A stretch of DNA of 63,761 bases, the filler included, from Lenisia limosa (taxonomy: Eukaryota; Protista; Breviatea), in NCBI GenBank assembly GCA_001655205.1. It is 6 parts of 6 records of this genome, joined end to end, with 100 filler letters (N's around TTAATTAATTAA, not from the genome) between each part and the next. Parts side by side here need not be neighbours in the genome. Positions count along the whole stretch, not along the records: positions 12,643 to 28,259 come from LPNZ01007366.1; positions 28,360 to 53,152 come from LPNZ01006392.1; 4 more parts are not named here. One strand, 5' to 3'. The translations under genes and the position numbers were made by a program. A model generated the notes under the pieces. It searched no databases. It saw only the letters and a program-made list of their open reading frames with translations, and had not been told where the DNA came from. Positions 25,858 to 38,069 of this stretch are shown one piece after another; the stretch's first letter is position 1, and the number at the start of each line of letters is the position of its first letter.

Positions 25858-26366
25858 ACGGCTCTTCTCCTTCTTCTCTTCTATCTATTTTCTAAGTTTT
25901 GACACTCTGTTTTGCTACATAGTAGCCTTTGTTACGCAGATGGTATGTGATATCACTCTGCTTTTTTCTCTTTCATTTTTGTCGGTATGTTTGAATCAAA
26001 TACAATTTAGAACTGCACATGGGAGAACTTGAATGTCATTGTTTTTTAATTATTGCATTGTGGATAAATAAATCTTATAATTATTGAATAAATATCATGA
26101 TATTTAGAAACATCTTCGTAAACTGGTATAAGTTCCTTCTGTTTTTTTTTTCTTCTCAAAAATACTGGTAATCTGGCCGAGCCGGTCAAAAACCCGAAAA
26201 ACGAAGCAAGATTTTTTTGAGATTGTAGATTAGCTAAGTGTGCTCTTTGAAGACTTCTTGTGATTATAATAAGTTTGATGATTTGAGACTCTACTGGTAA
26301 AGAGAACGGGTATTGGAATCTTGACAAATTTCCCGTTCAGTGTGTTGAGCAGGGGGGGAAGTTACA

Positions 26367-28093
26367 ATGGTCGCTTCACGCTCCAAACAGTTCTTTAAGG
26401 ACAATAAAAAAAATAAGAAGGAGGAAGGTGCCGAAAGCGTCAAGGACACAGCTGGCGTTTGCCAAACACTTTATAGAGCTGTTGCCCGCTTTCTTCTCTT
26501 CGTTCGTTTGGTTTTCAGATGGACATGGGTGATATTGGCAGCGGCGTGTACTGGATTCTGGCTCTACATAGTGTTCTTCCCCGTAGTGGCTTGTCCTCTC
26601 CCAGATCATCGTTTGAGGGAACATACCAGTCATTCTTCTTCTTTCGACTATTTGAACTCTTTTTTCAATATCCATGATTGTTTACTTCTAGGCTCTTGTG
26701 TTCTTGATTGACATCCTTAATGTTTTCTCTTGATTAGCATTAATTGTTTTGCTCTTGTTTGACATCCAATTATTTTGCTTGGATTTTTTAAGTCGTTATT
26801 TTTCTCCTTGAACAGTGAGGGGAGTATACGTTAGAAAAACTGACATGAACAATGGATTGGGTGATAGTTTTGATTACAATGTATGTTTTCATCATCCTTA
26901 TTTGAACCGCGTTTTGGTATTCTTTGATTTGCGACCCCATTGTGGAATTAATTATATGTGCGTTTGTCCGGATACACTTCCTTCTTGTTAACTTCGCAGC
27001 GAAGTCGCAACGATTGGTGCTGCTTGGTGACCCCCAGCTGGTTGGAACAAATAACATCAACTCACGGCCCTGGTTGGTGGACTAATGGGTTTACTTCCTC
27101 CCACCTCAAATGATGCACTTTTCTTCCTGCCCCCCCCCCCCNNNNNNNNNNNNNNNNNNNNNNNNNNNNNNNNNNNNNNNNNNNNNNNNNNNNNNNNNNN
27201 NNNNNNNNNNNNNNNNNNNNNNNNNNNNNNNNNNNNNNNNNNNNNNNNTAGGCCCATATGAACCAGATGGCTGTAATGTTAACCCAACAAATTTATCGGT
27301 CTGGGAGACCTCTCAGCAGATTAATATCATAGTTTGTTTGAACATATGGGCTGTTATACCCCCCCTTTCACCCCCTCCAAAAAAGATATTAGCCCCTTAC
27401 ACTCCAGGCCTCTCGGACTTGTGGACCATTATTTCAACCACATTGTACTGTGGTGGTCAATCCAGTCGGCCCGGGTTGCTGTCAATGCCGCAGACGCCCC
27501 AGCCGAACCGCGTGGCCATGCCAACACCGATCCGGTTTTTGAGTATCGCAGCTTGGCCATGTTCAATGGGCTCTGGTCTGGCTCGATTCTAAATGGCGTC
27601 ATGAGTGCGTGGGGAGCTGGGGTATTCTTTTTTCATTATCTACAACAAAAAGAGGCAGTTTTCTACTTTTTTTGTAGAACGGCTTCATTCTTATCTAGCC
27701 TAAGTTTAAATGCAGAAGGGTTTAGGTATCTTTTAATAAAACTGTTCAGGTGAAAAATCCCGATTTTGCAAGTAGCCTCCAAATGTATTCCTTTTGATTG
27801 AAATAGTACATATACAGACAACATGGCAGCACAGTGCTACTGTTTTTGCTCCATGGGCGGCTTCAATCACAAAAAATTTCAAAATTTCATTTGGAATTTC
27901 CTTTTTGAAACAATAGTGTCAAATTATTGCCTTTGTCAGCGGGGGGTAAAAATGTTTCATGTTATCAGAACACGCCTCCGAGCTAATGAAGGCCGACATT
28001 GTGCAGTCCTTAGTCCATCTTTTGTCCATTGATCCGAAAGACAATAAAGACCCCTGGGAGGTTTACCCAGTTCACCATCGTGTTGATCTCAAG
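26367..28093 (+). CDS. Putative MPPE1/Cdc1/Ted1-like metallophosphoesterase with N-terminal TM anchor (partial, contig ends)
   Basis: MVASRS... basic N-terminus, hydrophobic WVILAAACTGFWLYIVFFPVV, then RLVLLGDPQLVG (cf. first metal-binding motif ADPQL) and LVDHYFNHIVLWWSIQSA. Downstream GD/GNH motifs were not securely located. Confidence 0.5.
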
Positions 28094-28303
28094 GTTTGTG
28101 TTTGTTTCACAATTTTCAAAATTTCCTTTGTTTTACTGTCCCCCCTCCCTTACGCAAGTGTTCTTTATTTCAGAGCTTCGTTTGTTTTGTTGTTTTCAAC
28201 CCTTTTGTGTATCAAGCCAACAGAGTTGGGGAGGTCATCCAATATATAAGTTTTCCCATNNNNNNNNNNNNNNNNNNNNNNNNNNNNNNNNNNNNNNNNN
28301 NNN

Positions 28304-28315
28304 TTAATTAATTAA
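28304..28315. other. Artificial contig spacer TTAATTAATTAA
   Basis: Same linker inside an N run. Confidence 0.95.
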
Positions 28316-28359
28316 NNNNNNNNNNNNNNNNNNNNNNNNNNNNNNNNNNNNNNNNNNNN

Positions 28360-31300
28360 CCCGAGTATCTGCAACATTCCGATGATCACACCGAGTATCA
28401 GCAAACTCACACCCAGTATCAGCAAACTCTCACCAAGTATGGCTCTCGCGACGCGGACCAAACTGTTGAGCATGAACACGAGTATATGGATGTTGAAACG
28501 AACTCGTCTACGCTACCGCCCCTTCTTAGTACCATTGATGATAATGGACTGGTGAGTGTTTTGAGAAACTTTGATTATGTAAATGACAGCACAGTGGTGT
28601 AGGAAGTCACCAAAGCGTGCCTTAATCTTTTCGTGTTAATCCTGTAGACTTCTGAATCTATATCGCCTTCCCCCACAGCCTCTGAGAAAACAACGGAGCA
28701 GACAGGACAGTCCCCTGAAAAGTGATTGGGGTCTCCTGGGTGCAAAGTGAAGAGGGAAACTCTCGAGCATACGATATAACCCACTTTAGGACCCCAAGTC
28801 CTTCAAGCCCAGCAACAACCATAACAGGTTTGAGGTGTCCTATTATGCACATTTTAAGAAGCATTATTTGGCTCAGTAAATTTTCTTACACATTTTTGTG
28901 TCCATACGTATAAGCTGCCTATTGTATCAGTATATCTTTAGAATGATAATCTTCGAATTACTTTACCTTTCAGAAGATGATATTGACATTCCAATACCTG
29001 ATACTTTCACCCACCACAATCTCCTCTGCTTTGCAAGGTGACGTTTGTTTGGATCTAGAATTCATTTTTACCCAACCCACAAATTTCATGATAATTCCAA
29101 GAACAATCGGCTTCAGTAAGCCTCGATAACTCTTTGATACTGTCTTCCTAAAAAATACATCGATATATCCTCAAGTGTGATTTGTTTGATTTCTTCATCA
29201 CTCGGCATTTACCGTCATTAACGACCCAGCAAGTCCCTGTCTACAATTCAGTCAAGTCCGCCCGGGCTTGAAATGGAAAACCTCACACAACAGACCCCGT
29301 TACCTATGTCACCGCCTTTTGGTGTTACCAATGATACTGAACCCTCGCCTCCAGCCGAATCCGATACAAGTCCCACCGCTTTGCCCCAAGATTATCAGCA
29401 GGGTATTCTGCAAGACTTCCCCAAAGCAGCTGTACAACATGTTGATAAGAATGATGCTACGGAGGTAACTGAACGCCGGATCTCACGAGTACCTGGTGGG
29501 GACTTTTCTGCGCTTATTGTTGAGTGGAAAACAAATATCATATCATTGTATTATCACTTTTTGTAAAGTTTTTGAATGTCTTCAACTATTTTTTTTAACA
29601 CACTCAGCCTTACTCCTTAGGTATGCAACCACTTCCTCAAGAGAGCCTTGTCAATGATGCAAATACTGATGATGACAAGAAAGGTGAGGATATCACGGTG
29701 ATGATGTGGATGGTGATAGGGACTATTAGCTCAAACTCTCTGACTTCTCAATAAAGCTGTTTACCAGGTATAACAAACTAGATGCTTCTGTTCTCCCAAT
29801 ACCGCAAGACAATAGAGACGCAATTGAGAACCATCTGCCCTATTCTCCTTCTTCCGCAACATCGGAGATCTCTATTGCTGCTCCATCTGTAAGGAGCGGC
29901 GACGTATTTTTCTCTTAAAGACATGCAAGTTTGAAGTTATCATTTAGATTGCCGACCCTTTGATAAGCGAGCTCCAGTCGCCCTATTTGAGACAGTCCGA
30001 GCATTCTACCACACCCCTTGAGACTTCAACAGCATCCACGACACCTTCACAGGCGGTCACCAGGCAGACGCTTTCTCCCCCAATGTATGTTGTTTCCTGT
30101 TATTATTCAGAAGAGCCATTGAAATGTATACCTATCCGAAGAACATTTTTCCAAGTGTGAATGCATTTCCCTCTCTCTTAGCTTTAACATCGCAGACACC
30201 CCCTCCACTCCACTGCGCCAGGGATTATGGTCCCTGAATCCCCACAGCAACCTTCTGATGCGGTTGTATCCGGCACCCCCAAGGTGCCCCCGCTACCAAG
30301 TCAACCAGCTGCGAATTCTTGGAACGGTTCAGTCAAGCAAAGTCCCCCCGCAAGCGCCCCCGGCCTTGTATTTCCAGGCTTGACAACGAAACTTTTCAGC
30401 CGCTTCACCCAGCCTTCTCCAGCTAGTTTAGCAGATGTGGATGGGGTGAACGTATCTATTTTTGGAATATGTCTGTTTTCATTTGATTATGGACATAGTA
30501 TAATACAGTATGATATAATCTACACTAATTTAAGAACTATTTAGATGTTCCTGTACGTATTTTTCGTTTTCTATTCACCTCAATTCCTAACCAATCAGAC
30601 GTTACCTGCATCGCCAACTAAAAGGGGTAGGATGGCATGAAACTATCAAAGTGCAGGTTCCATATTCACAATTAACGGATTTTAGATGATCAGAAAGTAG
30701 CTGCAGAATCCAAGTAAGCTGTCGTACTTTTCTCTTTAGAATATCATACCTTTATAATCAAATCTGAGATACAAATGAAATGCAACTTGTTTTACTAAAT
30801 TGATTTTCTTTCTTTTCAGCTATCAATGAGTCATAATAATATTTTAATCAGTAAAATACACCATAGTTTATTCATAAACGAAACCTTCTTGATATTCGCA
30901 GTCCTCCCTAACATTAATCACCGTAGATACGATGACGTTGGGGGATGGAGACCCATTGGTGAGCCCCTTACCACTCCTCACGATAGTTCGACAAGCATGG
31001 TATTTCGGGTCATTTCAGGAGGGGAAGATGTAATCAGAATTCAGATAACGGCTTTTTAACTCATTAAAATCCTTTAATCCGATCATTCTGGATTGCTTTT
31101 ATGAAGCATTATCATATCATACTATGTATACGGGTATTACATATTATATCATGCAAGTATTCTAAAAACTTCCTAGTATGAACCAGCTTAGATTTTACAT
31201 TTTTGACCGCTTAGTCCGACGGTGATATGGAAATTGAGGAGGACGTCAGAGATATTCCCGTTTGGACATCAAGGACATCCATATTTACCAGTCCAGGTGG

Positions 31301-31827
31301 GAGTCTTTTGATAATATGAATTGTATTTGTTTACAATACTATACATTGGGAAGGAACTTTGTTTACTGTTTTGAATAGGTATCAATCTCATCTTTTGTAT
31401 TCCATTCACCCCTTGCGCTTGTGACGATAATGCAGTCGTCAACCGGACTAAATTCCGTTTCAGGGCTTTTTTCACTAAGTCTATTTCAAAGGTTTGTCAA
31501 GTGATTAATGTTGAATACCAAAGGCTCAAAGACAAGCAAATTATCGTTTTTTTTGATCCAAAAGCGTCCTCTTTTTGAATAGTCTCCTGCTTCTTACCAT
31601 CACCCTCTTTAATTCGCAATCAACACCATCTCCCCCACCCCCATCACTTTCAAGATCAAAGAAGCTTACGAAAACGTAATCAAAGGGTAGTGTAATGTAT
31701 TGTTCGTTGTAATTGTGTATTGTAATAGGTATTGTTTTAGAAATTGATATATGATGTATCTTCGTTAAACACAAAATCTTTGATATTTAGTGCACTGAAT
31801 CCTTGGCCTGTGGAGGATGACAACTGA
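28360..31827 (+). CDS. 5'-truncated Ser/Pro/Thr-rich low-complexity protein
   Basis: Contig starts mid-exon (EYLQHSDDHTEYQQTHTQYQQTLTKY, three 21-bp repeats at about 28388-28440); many GT-AG exons with disordered composition; candidate end ALNPWPVEDDN-TGA. Confidence 0.5.
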
Positions 31828-32343
31828 TAACTTTCGGTTACTTGGAATTGTGACACATTCACATTCAACTATAATTTTGATATACGCTACATAGCGTGTA
31901 AATTTTGCCAGAAAAATGATTAGTTTCGCGCGCATTACCCCACCTGCCGTGGCGAGTCAGTACAAGGTACTGAAATAGAATGTATATCCTGGTACAATTG
32001 GGGAATTTATTGTACGACAGTATTACGTTTCCCCTTTTTACTTCAGATGAGTCGAGAAACGAGCCTCTTTAAATTTTGAAATAGGAAATGGTCAGAAATT
32101 TGGTAAAAGTGTTGAAACCTGACGCCTATCTCTTGACATGACCCAACTTAATAGTCTGTAAGGAAAGTTTAAAAGAAAATTTTGGGTGTGATTTTGTCAA
32201 GGAGGGCCTTTTGCCTCTTTTGGTAATTTTCCTCTTGTGTTTTAATTCTCAGTTCAGTTACATCGGCTTAACAATATTCAGAATAAAATATCGTAAATTT
32301 GATTCAGGCAAGTAAAAAAACTAATTTCCAATTTCTTTACACA

Positions 32344-35300
32344 ATGCTCTACTTCTTCACCAACATTGATGATGCCGAAGAGCAAGCCAAAAAGAAGCTG
32401 CCTAAAATGGTTAATTGGGTGATATATAGGGTGATAGGTTTCATAAGGTTCATGATTGACACTCTTATACCATAATACCATCTTCTTACACAATATCTAA
32501 ATTCCATTTCCTAAGTGATCAGAGTTTGCATTGCTGTCACTTGATGTTATGCTAACAGTCTTGAATTAACTGTATACTGGATGCTTCTTCTCTAACCGAT
32601 AGGTGTATGGATACTACCGCTCTGGGTCTGAAGATGAGTTGTCTATTCGCAACAACTTACAGGCCTTTCGATCGACAATGGTGCGTCAAAACTCTTGAAC
32701 TTCTTGCACCAGTTAAGTGATTACTATTTCATGTTAAAAAAGTTGTTCAACATTCTGTTTTATTGTGCCATTGCTAATACGATATAGTTGCGTCCAGCAT
32801 GCTTGAGAGATGTGGTTCTTCCTGACCCTTCAACTCGAATATTTGGAAGACTCCACAAAATTCCTTTGATAAGTAGGAATTTGGGAATTTCATTTCATTC
32901 TCATCATTTGATGTTTTAATTTTCATTACCGTACCATACGATATAATGGTAATCTTCACTCACTGAATAACATCAATCTCGAAAAATGTGATTCTTTTCA
33001 AAAAATACAATTACCAGTCAAGTATGTTACATTTGAAGTTGGCGATTGAGTATGTTCAAAATTTCGTGTTACCAAATCCATAATAGAAATAGTACAGGTA
33101 AATGTTCCTTTTTGTCACTTGTCTACCCCAGTTGCACCAACAGCAATGCAGAAAATGGCGCATCCCGAGGGTGAAAAAGCCACTGCCAAAGGGGCTACCA
33201 GCAACATGGTGACCATGGTAGGAAGATTGTGTTAGTGGGTAAAATGACATCCAAATGGTGTACAAATTTATCCACAAATATTATTTACCTAACCTTCTTC
33301 ACGAAAAACTTAAAACAGAACCAACACAACCAAGAGTTTAGATTTAATGATTGCCATAACACCTCTCACACAATTTTGAATCTTCAGTTTCACTCACACG
33401 CACTTGGAGATATGTATTTAGGTTCTAATAATCAACTTTAGACGCTGTCCAATTGGGGAACCTCCACTTTAAGTGAAGTACGGGCGGCCGGGGGAAGTCA
33501 GCTAAATTTATGGTTCCAATTGTAAGTTACTCCCTGTATTGTTTTATGAACAGCTCTCCATTAACCCAGTTACGAAAATGACGAGCTCTATTACATCATA
33601 TGTATGGTATCCAGAGCCATCAATTTATTTTGTTCAGGTATGTGTATCGCGACCGAGTCTTAAGTTTATCGCTTATTGAGGCAGCCGAGAAAGCTGGGTG
33701 TGAGGCATTAGTTATCACTGTGGATACACCAATACAAGGTTAGCTTCAAATGATGCTCAAACTCATGTCAACTACAATCAGTTATGTTATGGATACATAT
33801 TTACAAATACAGTCAGTGGTATTAACAATCTAATTGTAATACATATTGAGTTTATTTATGCGTCAAACTAAAAAACTAGGTCGAAGAGAGACAGATATCC
33901 ACAATGCGTTCACATTACCCAGGCATCTCAAAATGGCACAAATAGAAGATGTCTTGTTGGTTTGGTTGTGTGACGGGTTCTAATTGAGCAACAAGGATTT
34001 TGAAACATGTTCAATCCCTGATAATGTTTTAGCGGACCAATGCCAGTTCCACGAGATGGAAAATCAGGTACGAAATGAATTGTTTTATGATGGCCAAATA
34101 TAACAATAATACCATTGTGTAGTAACATAACCACAATGTTTTTGATATCAAGTGTAGATTCCTTGTAATAATAATGTAAACTGAGGCATCATTGGCAAAT
34201 ACATAACACTCTGTTGATTAAACTCAATACAGGGCTGGAGTTGTTCATTGAGGAACAAATGGACGCAAGCCTTACATGGGCTGAGATCGCGTGGATCAAA
34301 CGAAACACCAAATTGAGAGTCGTTGTCAAAGGTGAGGTTTAGTAATGAAGAATTGAATTTCCTTGATTTTGTATACTAATAAATATTTCAAAAATTGGAT
34401 AATATCATGTCCTCGTGATTAACAATCGTTAATCTAAGCTATTTCCTCACTCATGCTCTGACAATATCCCAAGGAATATTGCGGGGAGATGACGCTCTAA
34501 TGGCTACCACAGCCGGAGTGGACGCTATTATAGTCAGGTATGGCCGCCTATAAACAATATCCCTCAGTAAGCATGTACCATGTAAGTAACAGTGAAAACT
34601 TGTCCGAGCTTTGATTTGATTGCAAGCAATATTGGGAAATTATTTCAAAACACATTTAACAATATTCAAATGTAAATGAGAAAGAAATATATTTTCTTAA
34701 AAACCTGATATGGGATGGTGACCTTGGCCAGTGAGTATTGCCATTTTCTCAAAATAAGTAACAACAAAACCCAGATATAACCTTGTTTTTTATCTCTTTA
34801 TACGCTACAAAACAACTCACCTACAACAGTAACCATGGAGGCAGACAGGCAGATAATACCATTCCTACCCTGTTTGCTTTGAAAGAGGTATTGCTTTTGA
34901 AATAATTAAATTTTCTTTATGGCTGAATTGGACAATATTTATAGTAATGATACATTGCAGTGATATTAACGCCAAGGTTGCCGACACATTGAAGTCAATG
35001 GGATCTCCGGTCAGTATTTTGATGGACGGCGGGGTCCGAAGAGGGAGTGATATTTTCAAAGGTACGTGTGATCCCTTTTGGGGGATCCTAATATTGTACC
35101 CAGTTTGTCTCACTGTAACCATCATATTCGAGGATTGTATATGGAAGGAGGCTTAGAAACCGACTCCAGATGGTGTGAAATTAATTTTGGAGTGTGATGC
35201 AAAAAAAATAATCCCGCATATTGCTTCTGAACCTTTGCAGCCATTGCATATGGCGCTTCAGCCGTTTTAATTGGAAGGCCTGTTTTATGGGGCTTGGCGG

Positions 35301-35764
35301 TAGATGGAAAAAAGGTTGGTTGGTGATATGATAACAATTTAGCACACAGACATGTATATAACCACCCTGTCCTTTCAATACTCAGACAAAGAACGTTATT
35401 GTGAGTCTTTAGGGTGTTACTAATGTTTTGCACTTTCTTGAATCCGAGTTTAAACGAACAATGAAACTGTGTGGTTGCAGGTAAAGGAGGGTGTTGAAAC
35501 TCGTACTGTTAAGTTTTCTTGATCACAATTCCATAAAATATACTATACCCTCCATATAATCGTCCCATGATTGTAATATTCTTGAACTACCATGACATCA
35601 TTAGATAGAAGATTTGATCAGTAAATGAATCAAAATCAACAATCACAAAATATGTGTCTTGAATAATGAATATCAGGTTGTGTTGACAGATCATTATTAA
35701 CAAGTTTAGGGAGGTCGCAGACATAACTCCGGATATGGTCTGCTCACTCAGCGCTAAGCTGTAA
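32344..35764 (+). CDS. HAO: FMN-dependent alpha-hydroxy acid oxidase (glycolate oxidase type), peroxisomal
   Basis: AEEQAKKKLPKM-VYGYYRSGSEDE; APTAMQKMAHPEGE; TLSNWG; WFQLYVYRDR; ITVDTP-GRRE; VVVKGIL; IIVSNHGGRQ; MDGGVRRGSDIFKA; IGRPVLWGLA; ends CSLSAKL-TAA (PTS1). Confidence 0.95.
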
Positions 35765-36015
35765 CCTCATCTCAGATTGTTGTATAACATGTGTATATTT
35801 GGGTATTATGCATTTCTCACTTTTGTAAGAATTGTCAAACGTAGCAGTGAGAGTTAGAAACTTTAAAAAGCACACATAAAACGTATGCATTTTAAGACAT
35901 ACTTTCAATTCGACTTATAAGGCTAAGTACTGCAACTTTAAAATCCAGCTCACTACTCCCTGCAGGATTTCAAAAACATATCGCAAAGTAAAACGTAATT
36001 CTCCTCGGGTCTAAA

Positions 36016-36530
36016 TGTGTAAGTCGTACTCCCTGAGTGCGAACACCCACCTGAGTGCGAACAGAAATACCAAAAAATGTCCCAAATTTGTGGATTTTTT
36101 TTTGTGGACAATTTTGAAAAGACAAAATTGAAAGATGAAATACAAACAAAAATAAAATATCAGTAAACAAGAAGAAAAGAAACAGGAAAATTTACCAAAA
36201 TGTATCCCTTGATCCCCTCTTCAAGAGTGAAGCATTGGAGTAGTCTTGTATTTAAAGATAGTAGAGGATATGCTTCCGTCTATGACTCAAAGGAGCTGAT
36301 TTATTAACAAAAGTGAGTTCAGGGCATTTATTATGGGAATGTGCTCTTGTATAGTATTACTCCAATTATTCGTATTTTTCTTCTTTTTATATGTGAATGT
36401 GTACAAACATGTCATTTAAGAAGTTTTACAAGCATCAACTTGTTTGAGAAAATTTGTACGTTTTCCTATAATCCTAGTAAAATTGGATTCTGTCGCACTC
36501 AGGTGGGTGTTCGGGGGTACGACTTATACA
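36016..36530. mobile_element. ~515-bp MITE-like element with ~45-bp imperfect TIRs
   Basis: Left TGTGTAAGTCGTACTCCC[TGAGTGC]GAACACCCACCTGAGTGCGAACAGAA vs reverse complement of the right end TGTATAAGTCGTACCCCCGAACACCCACCTGAGTGCGACAGAA; AT-rich interior. Confidence 0.75.
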
Positions 36531-38069
36531 GAGCAAACAAACACACAACTGAATCCACAAATCCCTGTTCCTTTCCTAATGTCTTTTATGTCTACATTCC
36601 CACCAATTCTGCTGTTCTTGCCTCTTCCTCTTCCCCCACATCCGTTTCCTCTGCTATAGGTTCCCTCGAAATAATTTGGCATTAGCTTCGGTTTGTGCCA
36701 ATTCTTGGCTGCTCAGTTAGTGGGGCATGCGAAACTAACATAGCAGCTTCCCTAGTCACAATTTCATACACAATTTCAGTAACAGTACATTTATGACATC
36801 TTTCTCTAATGACCATACGACATTGAAAATGAACTCACTAATATACAATAGTTTCAATGTTATAGATATAATATGTTGTGACACTTGGTCATACATAAAC
36901 AACAATGCCTACGTGGATGTGTCCTCAGGTTGACTGCATACACCATAAGTGCACTGTAATGGTAAGGATTTCTTTGAACATGAGCTCCTGGCTTTTACGA
37001 TACTGTTTGTATTTAGCTTTTAACACAAATGTTCATTACCAGTTATAAATATCTTTTCTGCAATCACATGATTTGTTCCCTCCAACTGTTTGTTCAAAAT
37101 CTCGCATTGAAGCACTAAACTAAGTTAGATGGCACACGATCTAGCTCGGCCCTGAGGGTGCGGCATTCCTCTTCGGTGGAGGTATTCAACATCCTTAGAA
37201 AATAATTGGTATGCTTTTACTTTACCTTGCTTATCGAGGCTTTTATGATAAAAGAGTCACAACCTGAACCAGATTCCATTAGTTATAAACGTATCTTCAG
37301 CCTATTGTCAACAAATATTCCTTGAGCGTTGATGCAACTGTTACCTGAAAAATGCCAACATGGCAACTTATTGTGAAATATCTCAACTTCAGGATTCTTG
37401 AAAGTTGATGAATTGGATGGATACTCAACATCACTAAGAAAACTCCTTTTGCATAGTCTTTTACGTAAAACGAAGAAAATCTTCTTTGTGACAACTAAAA
37501 ACTGATTTGACTTGATAGCATTGCCCTCATTGTTGCTATGAAATAGTGTGAATTAGATCCCTGCCACCACTCACTGGAGGATTTGGTACAATGCCATTTG
37601 GTTAAGAGCAACCTTAGCTGTAAAAATGAGGGTCACAATAATATTTCAGAAATGCAGTTCTATGATAATGATACTATGCAACTATTCAATGAATACTCCA
37701 AAACAAGATCAATATTAATAATAAGATTTGTGATATATTCTTGCAAGCTGTTCATCTTAAAGGTTGCTGAATGGGATTGGAATTGGAAGATTGATTGGAA
37801 AAACATCTGTTGTCAGTTGTTTATCTGTTAAATAATTTGTTTCAGATTTTCAGAATATGGCAGAGTGCACTGTAACTAATTATTAAAGTTATTTATTACC
37901 AGTGCCGAAAAGCAGGAAGTGGGAAGAGCGGGAGAATGATGGAAATACGGCGTAGCGGCGGAATTACTCAGCCCGGGGCGGGAAAATACCTTAGGATTTT
38001 GTTTGAAGTTCCAGAGTCCCTTTTGTTGTTGACCTCGAGAACATGCTGCAACCCACAACAGCAACAACA

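Noticed and set aside
27255-27325. Possible TAA/TAG-to-Gln genetic code (reading through TAA gives WLQCQPNKFIGLGDLSADQY)
   Set aside because: HAO ends in AKL-TAA, other genes end in TAA/TAG, and the 2.9-kb exon has many Gln codons with no in-frame TAR. The standard code fits.
28388-28440. 21-bp repeats as a CRISPR-like array
   Set aside because: No spacers; in-frame coding repeats (HTEYQQT) in a eukaryotic exon.
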